From the NCBI GenBank assembly GCA_965216875.1, contig OZ244207.1, positions 5,024,001 to 5,088,000 of the forward strand: DNA of 64,000 bases. Direction: 5' to 3'. Numbering within the stretch: position 1 is the first letter of the stretch; every line of letters starts with the position of its first letter. This DNA comes from Rubripirellula sp. (GTDB lineage: Bacteria > Planctomycetota > Planctomycetia > Pirellulales > Pirellulaceae). Shown here piece by piece: positions 30,896 through 40,493 of this stretch. The translations under genes and the position numbers were made by a program. The notes beneath the pieces are model-generated. The model worked only from the letters and a program-made list of their open reading frames with translations, had not been told where the DNA came from and did no database searches.

Positions 30896-31501
30896 TTAAC
30901 CAGCTGCTGGCAAGAACGTCTTCCAGCATTCGTACCGCGGGTCCTGGACCGATTGAACCAGCAGCGGGTTGACGCGTGGCTTGGCTGGACGTGAGAGCAA
31001 CTTCATCCGTGCCTGCTTTGGCGTCCGTCCACCCTTGCGACTGTTGCAGCGCAAGCAGCAGCAAACGATGTTTTCCCACGTCGTTGGTCCACCATGTGAA
31101 CGTGGGATCACGTGGTCCAAGCTCAACTGGTGCGACGGCTCGTGTCGACCGCAGTACTGGCATCGGTGCTCGTCACGCGCGAACAGGTTCTTTCGATTGA
31201 AGCGAACCGATTGAACAGGCATGCGATCGAACCGCGTCAGACGAACGATACGAGGGACGCGCAGATCGAAACCGACCGCGCGAATGAACTCGTCATTGGG
31301 CTGCTTCTCCATCGAAGCCAACTGACTCAGCTCGCACCAACTTTCGAAGTCGTAGCTGACGTATTGATCGTTATCGTGATCGATCACTTCGGCGCACTCG
31401 CGGTACAACAGCGTGAACGCACGCCGAACATTGACGACACGTATCGCCATGTAAAAGCGGTTCAGCACAAGGACGTTTGTATCAAGCAAACTCTGTGACA
31501 T
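30896..31501 (-). CDS. HNH endonuclease (McrA/HNH_5-like)
   Basis: VLVLN; RKNLFARDEHRCQYCG; DHVIPRSHGG..WENIVCCCLRCNSRKG. Confidence 0.92.
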   Translation of the reverse strand: MSQSLLDTNVLVLNRFYMAIRVVNVRRAFTLLYRECAEVIDHDNDQYVSYDFESWCELSQLASMEKQPNDEFIRAVGFDLRVPRIVRLTRFDRMPVQSVRFNRKNLFARDEHRCQYCGRHEPSHQLSLDHVIPRSHGGPTTWENIVCCCLRCNSRKGGRTPKQARMKLLSRPAKPRVNPLLVQSVQDPRYECWKTFLPAAG

Positions 31502-32111
31502 TTTCTCTTTTGGTCCTTTCCGTCATCACTGAATGCGGAAGCACGGTCCACGAAATCGCCTAGGGAGCCTTGTTGCAAGTGACCAACTTATTCTAGTGGC
31601 GCGGGCCGAGGCTACCGAATTTCGCCTGACCCCTCAAAATTCCCACCTAACACCGTTGGGCACCCGTCAAGTCGATGATGAGGCCGCCTTGATGACTTTT
31701 GCCGGAAAATACGGTGCGAATCGGACACATGATCAGTTCTCAACTTTGCTGACACTTTGCCAGCGGTTGCCGAGATCCCGACACTTCTCCCTGTTTCCTT
31801 GCTGTCACCGACACGAATTTTGGCCGCTCAGGTTCGCGTTCGACGCTCCTTCGACATCAACCTGACCAGGTTTTTACCGACTCGATTTGCCGCCACCGGC
31901 CAAGATCACCAGCCCAAGTTCGAACAGTGTGCGCCAACAAGAGAGAGTCGCCGGTCGGCAAGCACTGGCTGGCAAACAGCACTGGCTGGCAAACAGGCGA
32001 CTCGCAAGGCATCATTAACCAAACCTTCATCGCGGACCCCAGAGACTTCACGGTCTCTAGACCCCAACCCGCCGCTTCAACCAAACCTACTCCGCTCGAT
32101 CCAACAGGGAG

Positions 32112-32741
32112 ATGCAAGCCATCTTGATGTCAACACTGATGCTTCTCGCGCAAGACGATGCCATCGCCGAGACCTCGTCGTGGTGGGCTTGGGTCGAACC
32201 GACGACAAGCGTCACCATTGCGCTCTTGTTGATCGTCGGCTGCGTGATCGCCTGGGGACTGAACATCATCGCGTTGCCAGGCAATTGGATCGCCGTTGCC
32301 ATCATTGCGCTTTACACATGGCTTGGGCCCGCCGAAGGCCGCACGTCAGTCGGGTGGCTGGTTCTTGTCGGCGCGGTCGTGTGCGCTGCGATCGGCGAAT
32401 TGGTCGAGTTCCTTGCCAGCGCACTCGGTGCTCAAAAAGCGGGCGCCAGCCGCAAGGCAACCGTCTACGCCGTCATCGGTTCGATGCTCGGCGCCATCGG
32501 CGGCGCCTTCATCGGAGTGCCTGTCCCCATTGTCGGCAGCATCATTGCCGCAATCTTGTTTGGAGGCCTCGGTGCGACCGCCGGTGCGATGTATGGCGAA
32601 TGGAGCAACGGCAAGACAATCAAAGAAAGCTGGGGCATCGGCCATGCCGCCTTCTGGGGCCGGACCTTCGGAACGGTCGGAAAAATCGCCTGCGGCTTCG
32701 GCATCATCATCTTTGCCGTCGCCGGCGTCGTTTTGATGTAG
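32112..32741 (+). CDS. DUF456-like membrane protein
   Basis: LPG motif, GAQKAGAS and Gly-rich TM helices; AGGGAG SD. Confidence 0.8.
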   Translation: MQAILMSTLMLLAQDDAIAETSSWWAWVEPTTSVTIALLLIVGCVIAWGLNIIALPGNWIAVAIIALYTWLGPAEGRTSVGWLVLVGAVVCAAIGELVEFLASALGAQKAGASRKATVYAVIGSMLGAIGGAFIGVPVPIVGSIIAAILFGGLGATAGAMYGEWSNGKTIKESWGIGHAAFWGRTFGTVGKIACGFGIIIFAVAGVVLM

Positions 32742-32749
32742 CCAAGAGC

Positions 32750-32982
32750 CACGCGGCTCCGCAGGAGCGTCGCCCTCCCATCCACCCTCGTTCCCACGGT
32801 CTCTCACCCTCGTTCCCACGGTCTCCGTGGGAACGCACTCTTCGGACGCTCCGCGTCCACCAACCGCTCAACCATGCGGCTCCGCCCTCCCATCGTTCCA
32901 AGCATCAGCCGCCGAGCGATCGCGCGGTTTTCGATCATCGGCTCTCCGCTGCAACCGCACGCTATCGCGCTCCCGGCTGATG
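32750..32982. repeat. Mosaic REP cluster (families G, F, K)
   Basis: GCAGGAGCGTCGCCCTCCCA; CTCGTTCCCACGGTCTC twice; CATCAGCCG...CGGCTGATG. Confidence 0.82.
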
Positions 32983-33084
32983 ACTCCATCGGGGCGACTT
33001 GCTAGCAACGAAATCGGTTGACCCGACTCGGCGCGATTTCGTACCGTCGGCCACAGTCTCTGGATGAGCTCAAACGGGTTTCCG

Positions 33085-34698
33085 ATGACGCACAGTCGAC
33101 GCACGAACGATCGCCGGCGACGAGTCCTCTATTCGACTCACCAAGCCGACAACTCCCCCACGACAGCAGCTAGCCGTCGACAGGCTGAACGTCTGCGCGA
33201 AGCGCGGCGGCCGACGGCTGCCTACGGCATTCGCGTTCAACGTCGACTGCGTGGTCGCTGGTTCTCGCTAGTGCCTGTTCGTCGCCGAGCCATGGTGACC
33301 GTTTGCAGCGTCCTGTTTGGCCTCGCCGCGCTGCTCTGCCTCGCTCATTACGCGGCAATCACTTGGCCTTCGATCGCCTACCGACCTGAGATCGCGCGCC
33401 CTCTGCGGCTTGATCGTTCTGACAGTTTTGGGCAATACATGACTTGCGCGATGCTGGCCGGGTGTGCGGGCGCATCGCTGATGATTTACCAACTGCGACG
33501 CTACCGCATCGATGACTATCAAGGACGGTATCGGCTTTGGCGATTAGTGTTGGTCATCCTCGGATTGTCCAGCTTCAATGCACTTGTTTCGATGATCGAC
33601 TGGTTGGGTGCGATCATGGAAGTTGGCTTTGGCCAACGTGTTGCTCTAACCGGTGGCGACTGGATTCGTTTGGTTGTGGGAATTGGCGGCGCCATCCTGT
33701 GGCTCCGCTTGATCGCCGAGATGCGTCGGTGTCGCTTTGCTCTCGGCACGTTGATCGCATCAGGTCTGTTCTTCGCGGCGCCCGAAGCAGCTCGCTGGAA
33801 TATCCTGCCAACCGACACCGTCCCGACCTGGATACTCGTTACCTCCGCTCCGCTACTTGCGGCAACCACATTGATGGTCTCCTTGGGCAGCTACCTTCGC
33901 ATGCTCTACCGCGAAGTGCGTGAGATCGAAGATTCCGAGTCGCTCGTCGAGCGTATGCAAAAGATCAAGTTACGTCTCTTCACTCGCGACGAAGACGACT
34001 ACGACGAGCAAGAAGACGAATCGGACGAAGACGAGAGTGAAGTCTACGCCGAGGACGAAGAACCTTCACGCAAGCGTCGCTGGTGGCGACGACGCAAGCG
34101 AACCGCCGTCGCCGATGAAGCCGATGACGAGTCAGATGAAGAAGCGTACGAAGAGGAAGAAGAGGAGTACGAAGAGGACGAGGTCGCCGAGCAGGAAGAG
34201 GAACAGGACGCGCGCCCACGCCGTCGCTGGTTCGGCCTGAGGAAAGCCAAAGCCCAGTCGCAAGAAGACGACGCAGTGGGCGACCCAGTGGACGACGACG
34301 ATGAGGAAGAACCGGAAGCAAGCGAAGAAGCCGAAACTCCGAAGAAGAAAAAACGCCGATTCTCACTCCGCCTAAAACCACCGAAACCGGCAAGCGAAGA
34401 CGAAGGTGAAAGCGAACCGGACGCCAGCCAAGACGATGCCGACGGTGAAGAAGAACCGAGCGGCAAAAAACGACGCGGACTCGGTGGTTGGCTCCGAAGT
34501 AAAAAATCAGCCGCGCCATCGGAGTCCGAGGACGAAGTCACCTTCGAAGAGGTGGGTGAACCCGCAGCCTCTCGAACGTCTCCTTCTGAAGACGAGGAAG
34601 AAGAGATCAATCCCGACGAGATCGACTGGAGCAAAATGAGCAAGTCGGAACGCCGCCGGCTGAGGAAGAAGCTCAAACGCCAGGGCAAAGCCGCGTAG
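33085..34698 (+). CDS. Multi-TM membrane protein with long acidic/basic block tail
   Basis: Several hydrophobic helices followed by about 240 aa of D/E tracts broken by K/R-aromatic motifs. Confidence 0.8.
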   Translation: MTHSRRTNDRRRRVLYSTHQADNSPTTAASRRQAERLREARRPTAAYGIRVQRRLRGRWFSLVPVRRRAMVTVCSVLFGLAALLCLAHYAAITWPSIAYRPEIARPLRLDRSDSFGQYMTCAMLAGCAGASLMIYQLRRYRIDDYQGRYRLWRLVLVILGLSSFNALVSMIDWLGAIMEVGFGQRVALTGGDWIRLVVGIGGAILWLRLIAEMRRCRFALGTLIASGLFFAAPEAARWNILPTDTVPTWILVTSAPLLAATTLMVSLGSYLRMLYREVREIEDSESLVERMQKIKLRLFTRDEDDYDEQEDESDEDESEVYAEDEEPSRKRRWWRRRKRTAVADEADDESDEEAYEEEEEEYEEDEVAEQEEEQDARPRRRWFGLRKAKAQSQEDDAVGDPVDDDDEEEPEASEEAETPKKKKRRFSLRLKPPKPASEDEGESEPDASQDDADGEEEPSGKKRRGLGGWLRSKKSAAPSESEDEVTFEEVGEPAASRTSPSEDEEEEINPDEIDWSKMSKSERRRLRKKLKRQGKAA

Positions 34699-34720
34699 CA
34701 GAACGTCAAAACGGCTCCTC

Positions 34721-34909
34721 CTCGTTCCCACGGTCTCCGTGGGAACGCACCCCTCATTCTCTCCTCGTTCCCGCGGTCTCCGTGGGAATGCACCTTTCGG
34801 ACGCTCCGCGTCCCCTTCGTAGGTCATGCTCCGCATGACAACCGCTCGCCTTGCGGGCTGTTGAGTGCAAGGCCCAACGCAAGGCCCGACGCAAGCGCGT
34901 TCGGCTCAC
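34721..34909. repeat. Mosaic REP cluster (families F twice, I, D)
   Basis: CTCGTTCCC(A/G)CGGTCTCCGTGGGAA; GTAGGTCATGCTCCGCATGAC; GGCCCGACGCAAGCGCGTTCGGCTCAC. Confidence 0.82.
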
Positions 34910-35014
34910 GATGCCCACGTGAGAAAACTGGGTGCCTGTTAGTCCGATGGCCGAATCGTGTATCTTGCTCGACGGTCGTTTTATCCCTTTCCCACTACGT
35001 TGACGTTCCCTTCC

Positions 35015-36571
35015 ATGTCTCGCACTCGATTTGCGCCCAGCCCTACCGGTTACCTTCACATCGGTGGCGTTCGCACGGCTCTGTTCAATTGGCTATTGGC
35101 CAAACAAGACGGCCAGTTCATCTTGCGTATCGACGACACCGATTCGAAACGCAACGTCAGTGAAGCCTTGCAACCGATCCTCGATGGGTTCCGTTGGCTC
35201 GGAATGACATGGGATGAAGGCCCCGACGTCGACGGCCCCCATGCACCGTACTATCAATCACAACGGTCCGACCGCTACGACGCGGCCGTCCAACAGTTGC
35301 TCGACAGCGGCCACGCTTATCGCGACTACTCCAAACCGGCTGAGTACGCCGCCCAACGTGAAGCAGCGGAGAAGGCTGGCCAAGGCTTTCAGTACGATCG
35401 AGCCTGGATGGCCGAAGACGATGCGGCCGCCGAGAAGTTTGAAGCCGAGGGACGCTCCGCCGTGGTTCGCTTGAAAATGCCGCGTGACGGAGAGTGCGTC
35501 ATCGATGATCTGGTGCGTGGGGAAGTCCGCTTCGAATGGGGACTCGAACAAGACACCGTCATTCAGCGTGCCGATGGGCGGTGCACCTATCACTTGGCCT
35601 CGGTCGTCGATGATCACGACTACCAAATCACTCACGTCGTGCGCGCCGAAGAGCATCTTTCCAACACGCCGCGACAAGTCTTTATCTTCGAATCACTCGG
35701 CTATGAACGCCCAGCGTTTGCACACGTTCCCGCGGTGGCGGAACCGGGCGGAACGGCGAAACTGAGTAAACGGAAACTTGACAGGTACAAAAACAACAAA
35801 GACTTTGCGCAGCTACTAGCCTCTGGCCAGTCGATTGCCGCGCGCTGTGGCATCGCGACTTCGGACGACACCTTCAATCCAGTCATCATCGACTTCTATC
35901 GCGAGATCGGTTTTGATCCCGAGCCGATACTGAATTACCTGGTGTTGCTCGGTTGGTCACTTGATGGTGAAACCGAAAAGTTCACGGTCGACGAAATGAT
36001 CGAAAACTTCTCGCTCGGCCGCGTCAACAAAGCATCCTCATCTTTCGACCCCAAGAAACTGGTGGCGTTCCAGGGCGACTACTTCGCCGCGCTCCCGCTG
36101 GACGATCGTATCGCGCGGGTGAAGCCATTCGCCGAACGCGGCGGACTGCTTGCCGGTGAAGGTGCTGACGCGTTACTGCGAACGGTTGTCGAATCGGCCG
36201 GTGATCGCTTGAAAATGGGCGGCGACATTTTCGATTTCGATTACTGCTTTATCGACCAATTTGAATACGACGACAAAGCCTTCAACAAGCGGATTCTCAA
36301 ACCCGAAGACGCTTGCGAGCTGCTTGCAAAACTGAGCGAGCACCTTGGCGGGTGTGATGCGTTTGACGCCGAAGCCGTCGAAGCCTCAGTCAACGCCTTC
36401 TGCGAAGCCAACGAGATCAAGCTTGGGCAGATCATTCACGCACTGCGCGTTGCCACAACGGGGCGGCCCGCCGGATTTGGCATGTTTGAAACGCTCGCCG
36501 TTCTCGGTAAAGAGAAAGTCATCGAGCGAATCGGCAAAGCGGTCGAGCGAGCTGCCGAAGTCACTGGCTGA
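35015..36571 (+). CDS. gltX: Glutamate--tRNA ligase
   Basis: [21 protein letters not shown] and KLSKR. Confidence 0.95.
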   Translation: MSRTRFAPSPTGYLHIGGVRTALFNWLLAKQDGQFILRIDDTDSKRNVSEALQPILDGFRWLGMTWDEGPDVDGPHAPYYQSQRSDRYDAAVQQLLDSGHAYRDYSKPAEYAAQREAAEKAGQGFQYDRAWMAEDDAAAEKFEAEGRSAVVRLKMPRDGECVIDDLVRGEVRFEWGLEQDTVIQRADGRCTYHLASVVDDHDYQITHVVRAEEHLSNTPRQVFIFESLGYERPAFAHVPAVAEPGGTAKLSKRKLDRYKNNKDFAQLLASGQSIAARCGIATSDDTFNPVIIDFYREIGFDPEPILNYLVLLGWSLDGETEKFTVDEMIENFSLGRVNKASSSFDPKKLVAFQGDYFAALPLDDRIARVKPFAERGGLLAGEGADALLRTVVESAGDRLKMGGDIFDFDYCFIDQFEYDDKAFNKRILKPEDACELLAKLSEHLGGCDAFDAEAVEASVNAFCEANEIKLGQIIHALRVATTGRPAGFGMFETLAVLGKEKVIERIGKAVERAAEVTG

Positions 36572-36682
36572 GGCCGGTCCGAATCGCTCGTTGATGCGAC
36601 AATCTGTGTGGCTGCGAAAAAACGTTACTCACGATACGATTGGGGGTAGAGAGCTCCCATTTTGCGTCCTTTTGGTGACAGA

Positions 36683-38296
36683 ATGACCCCAAAATCCCTG
36701 TTTCGTGCGACCTTCCTTCCCACCTTGGTCGCCGCAAGTCTGGTCCTGATCGGTTGTAGCCCCAAAGAATTCCCCGTCGAATTCGAAGCGAACCTCGTTC
36801 ACTCGATGAAATACGAGTTGAAGGAAGGTTTCTCGATGCAACAGGCAAGCGACGACGCGATGTGGGTGACCGAATACATGTTCGGCACCGCTAACGATCC
36901 GAAGATCCCTGACTTCATCACCGAAGACGACAAACGCAACTCGATCGTGTCACTCGAGCGATTGGTTGCCGCTTCGGGCGCCGCCGATGAGGCCGGAAGA
37001 GGCCTGTTCCGAAAACACTGTGTGGTTTGCCATGGCGTAACAGGCGACGGGCGTGGGCCAACCGCCGCTGTGCAAACTCCTTACCCACGCGATTACCGCA
37101 TGGGCGTTTTTAAATTCAAATCGACTCCGCGGGGTGTCAAACCGACCCGAGAGGATTTGTCCCGTGTCGTGCGTGAGGGCATCGCGGGCACGGCGATGAA
37201 AAAGATCCCAGAGCTGAGCGAAGATGACATTCAAGCGCTCGTCGATTACGTCATCTACCTTTCTTGGCGTGGCGAGTTCGAACGCACATTGATCGATGTG
37301 GGCGTTCGCGACTGGGACCTTGAAGGTGGCGACCGGGTCACAAACGTCGACCTTGCAAAGCGATTGTTCTCAAACGAAGCGTTGCGTGAAGAACTCGAAA
37401 CGCTCAGTGACGAAATCGACGGTGATGACCTCGCCGACTACGGCAGGTACATCGCTTTCCAAAAACGACTCAGCAGTGAGCCTGGATTCAAAGGTCGCTT
37501 GGAAGCCGAGGAAGATCCTGAGGACCTCGACGACGAAGCAAAAGATCTGCTCAAGAAAGAGCGTAAGGCATACAAGGACTACAACAAGTTCGCCAAGAAG
37601 CTCGAGAAAGATCCAGAAATGGAAACGGAGATGATGAACGCTTTGACGAAGGTTCAAAACGCCGACGACATCGAGCAATTTGAAATCTTCAACGAGATGT
37701 GGGAATACAACATCGAATACGTCCAGGACATCGCCGACGAATGGCTTGAAGCCAAAGAGGACGCCGTCGAAGTGCCCGAGCCTCCAGCCGGTTTGCCATT
37801 GGCAAATTCATACGAAGAGTATCAGCAGCTCGCAAAGGGTGACCAAGCGACCCAACTCGCCGCGTCCGTTGAACGCGGTCGCGAACTGTTCACCGGCAAG
37901 ATCGCCTCGTGCAGCAAGTGCCATGGCGAGAAAGGACTCGGTAACGGTCAAACCAACGACTATGACGACTGGACCAAAGACTGGACGACACGATTCGACT
38001 TCAAGCCAGAAGATCGCGATTCGCTGGTTCCCATGCTTGCTCGTGGAGCCCTTCCACCGGTGAACGCGATCCCACGGAACTTCCAAGAAGGCATTTTCCG
38101 TGGTGGGTCGACATCTGCCGATCTTTACCTGCGAATCACCCAAGGGATCGATGGCACGCCGATGCCGGCGGCGACCTTTGTGCCTGAGCAATTCGAAAAA
38201 GACGAAGTTTGGCACATCATCAACTTCATCCGCTCGCTGCAAACGACCGACGCCGAAGCCGAATCGGAACCGAAAAAGGTCGAGAAGGAAGCGTAG
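36683..38296 (+). CDS. Di-haem c-type cytochrome lipoprotein
   Basis: LIGC lipobox; CVVCH with PRDY..G.FKF and GTAM; CSKCH with GTPMP. Confidence 0.87.
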   Translation: MTPKSLFRATFLPTLVAASLVLIGCSPKEFPVEFEANLVHSMKYELKEGFSMQQASDDAMWVTEYMFGTANDPKIPDFITEDDKRNSIVSLERLVAASGAADEAGRGLFRKHCVVCHGVTGDGRGPTAAVQTPYPRDYRMGVFKFKSTPRGVKPTREDLSRVVREGIAGTAMKKIPELSEDDIQALVDYVIYLSWRGEFERTLIDVGVRDWDLEGGDRVTNVDLAKRLFSNEALREELETLSDEIDGDDLADYGRYIAFQKRLSSEPGFKGRLEAEEDPEDLDDEAKDLLKKERKAYKDYNKFAKKLEKDPEMETEMMNALTKVQNADDIEQFEIFNEMWEYNIEYVQDIADEWLEAKEDAVEVPEPPAGLPLANSYEEYQQLAKGDQATQLAASVERGRELFTGKIASCSKCHGEKGLGNGQTNDYDDWTKDWTTRFDFKPEDRDSLVPMLARGALPPVNAIPRNFQEGIFRGGSTSADLYLRITQGIDGTPMPAATFVPEQFEKDEVWHIINFIRSLQTTDAEAESEPKKVEKEA

Positions 38297-38516
38297 GCCG
38301 GATCAGCGTAGGCCGGATCAAGGAGCGACAGCGACGCGGATCCGGCGTAGCTACCTTCGCCAGAAGGTGGGACGTTAGCAAGCCGTCCTCCACCGCCCAC
38401 GCTCTGGCGAGCGTAGCTACGGCGAAGAATGAAAGGCCCAACAGTGTGTAGGGCCCGACGCTAGCGCGTTTGGCTCACGGGGTTCACACAATCCGCCTAA
38501 AGGCGGGACTACAAAC
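38293..38516. repeat. Mosaic REP cluster (partial B, B, C pair, D, E)
   Basis: Four REP families in succession between convergent genes. Confidence 0.85.
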
Positions 38517-38529
38517 GACTTGGCTCGAA

Positions 38530-40212
38530 CTAGAAGCTTCCGCCTCCTCCGAGACCGGAAGCACCGCCAGGATTCGAAACAGCTGGTTGGCTTTTCTCGA
38601 TCGCTTTGAGCCCCTCACCTTGAGCTTCAAGCACCTTCAAGAAACGCTCGAGTTTGCGGTGCACGAGGTAGGTATTGGAAACGACGATTCCGGCTGCATT
38701 GTCGGACGCCTGCACCAAACCGATCGTTCCGGGACCTCCAAGGTTTTCCCAACTATCAGGCGCGATGGTCTGCTGGATCATCTTGATTGCCGACTCATCG
38801 AACTCGAGCCCCTTGGATTTCCCCCAATAGACACGGAGCGTCGGATTCTGCTCGGCAACATCAATGGTGGTGACCAGCATGACTTCGTTGTTCACATCGA
38901 CCGTCAAGTCGAGGTCTCTCAGCATCAAGTTCAACGCGGACTCGAGCGTCACGTCTTTGACGTCAATGTTGACGGGTTGATCTGGGGAAAGACCGATCTC
39001 TTCGATTGCTCGACGGTCGATGATCACTTGCAGATCGTGCATCTCGCTAATCGTTTTCACTGCTTCCTCAAGCGGCAACTCGATGTAGGTCATCTGAGTC
39101 ATGTCATTGAGTTTGGCATCGATCTGGGTGATTGCATTTGCATTGGCAGAGAGCCAACCGAGCCCGTTGTCCACCGATGCCCTGCCGGCCGCATTCGCAG
39201 CTGGTGAAGCCGCGGATGTCTTGGCTACCGACGCTGGCACTCGAATCTTTGCCGGCGCACCGCCACCAAACGGGTCACTGCCGAACGGGTCCGCACCCGA
39301 CGAATCAGGCGTTTCACTAAACGGATCCATCTTGACCACAGCGTTACCGCCACCGAATGGATCGGATCCGTTTGAACCTTTGTTTTGACCACCTTGTGCA
39401 TAGGCAAGTCCTGCAATACCGATCGCCCCAGCAGCAACCATTGAACAGAGAGACAACTTCGACAGCATGATTGGCTCCTTAGCCAGAAGAGGAGAAAAGT
39501 CGACGGGTGTGGAAACGCCCCCACTGGCGTCCACAGCAAGTGAAGTTGTTTGAGAGATCAAATCCGACGCGACGGCCGGACGCGAATCGACCATCGACAA
39601 CACGGCAACCGAAGCCGAAAAAGCAACCCCGCGACGAATCAGTCGCCGCTGCAGTTCCTTTTTCGCTCGCTGCAACCGTCCGCGAATCGCTCCTTCGCTC
39701 GTCCCCAATGTGTCCGCCGTCTGCTGACACGAATGCCCGAGGTAGTAGTGCAAGACGACCGCCTTGCGGTACTTCTCGGGCAGGCCACTAAGCTCTTCAT
39801 CGAGCGCGCGCAGCTGATGATGCTTCGCGATCGATTCGAGAGGGTTCGACGTTTGCATCGGTTCCTCAGAAAGGGGTTGAGCGTTCACCTTGCGATCGCG
39901 AGCACGACATGCCGTGCGATAGGCAACTCGATGCAGCCAAGAAGCAAGTCCGCCGACGTCTCGAATCTTGTCCGCGTCGCGAGCCAAGATCATGAACGTC
40001 GCTTGAAATGCATCCTCGGCATCCTCTCGCGTCCGACACTGACCGACGCAAACCCCCATCACCAGTCGGCTGTAGCGTCCGACCAATTGCTCGAGCGCCT
40101 CGGAATCACGGTGTGATTTCCAAGCGTCCAAAAGGAGCAAATCGCTCGCCTGATCGGTGCCCAAGTCGTCCGGTGGCGGATTCACGACAGATAGTTTTGC
40201 TGCATCACTCAA
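38530..40212 (-). CDS. ECF sigma factor with C-terminal TM and STN/secretin-N-like extension
   Basis: Region 2 DAEDAFQATF...WLHRVAYR; region 4 LPEKYRKAVVLHY...GRLQRA; STN-like LEEAV...VTLESALNLML; start uncertain (TTG 40212). Confidence 0.85.
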   Translation of the reverse strand: MSDAAKLSVVNPPPDDLGTDQASDLLLLDAWKSHRDSEALEQLVGRYSRLVMGVCVGQCRTREDAEDAFQATFMILARDADKIRDVGGLASWLHRVAYRTACRARDRKVNAQPLSEEPMQTSNPLESIAKHHQLRALDEELSGLPEKYRKAVVLHYYLGHSCQQTADTLGTSEGAIRGRLQRAKKELQRRLIRRGVAFSASVAVLSMVDSRPAVASDLISQTTSLAVDASGGVSTPVDFSPLLAKEPIMLSKLSLCSMVAAGAIGIAGLAYAQGGQNKGSNGSDPFGGGNAVVKMDPFSETPDSSGADPFGSDPFGGGAPAKIRVPASVAKTSAASPAANAAGRASVDNGLGWLSANANAITQIDAKLNDMTQMTYIELPLEEAVKTISEMHDLQVIIDRRAIEEIGLSPDQPVNIDVKDVTLESALNLMLRDLDLTVDVNNEVMLVTTIDVAEQNPTLRVYWGKSKGLEFDESAIKMIQQTIAPDSWENLGGPGTIGLVQASDNAAGIVVSNTYLVHRKLERFLKVLEAQGEGLKAIEKSQPAVSNPGGASGLGGGGSF

Positions 40213-40493
40213 TGGGTTTCCCTCAAACAACAGTCTAATAGTGCAAACCTCCCCCCAACACGCGCGCAAATTCCGAAAAAAAAGCCTCCCCGGACGTCCC
40301 AGCCACTTACTCCCTTGCCCGATTCCTCTGGCTAACGCCGCTACGGCATTCAGGCACCCCTAACCTGTCGATGACGGAAACGGAGCGAAGGTGGCCGGCA
40401 ATCCCTCTCGTCAGCGAAGGGGTTCTGTCCTACGATTCAGGCGAATTCGACAGGTTTTTCCTGTCCCAACGCCCTTCGCGGAATAGTGAAACG

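Noticed and set aside
31757..32980. 407-aa ORF overlapping the DUF456 gene
   Set aside because: An Arg-rich alternative frame that runs through REP sequence; the DUF456 frame has an SD and family motifs
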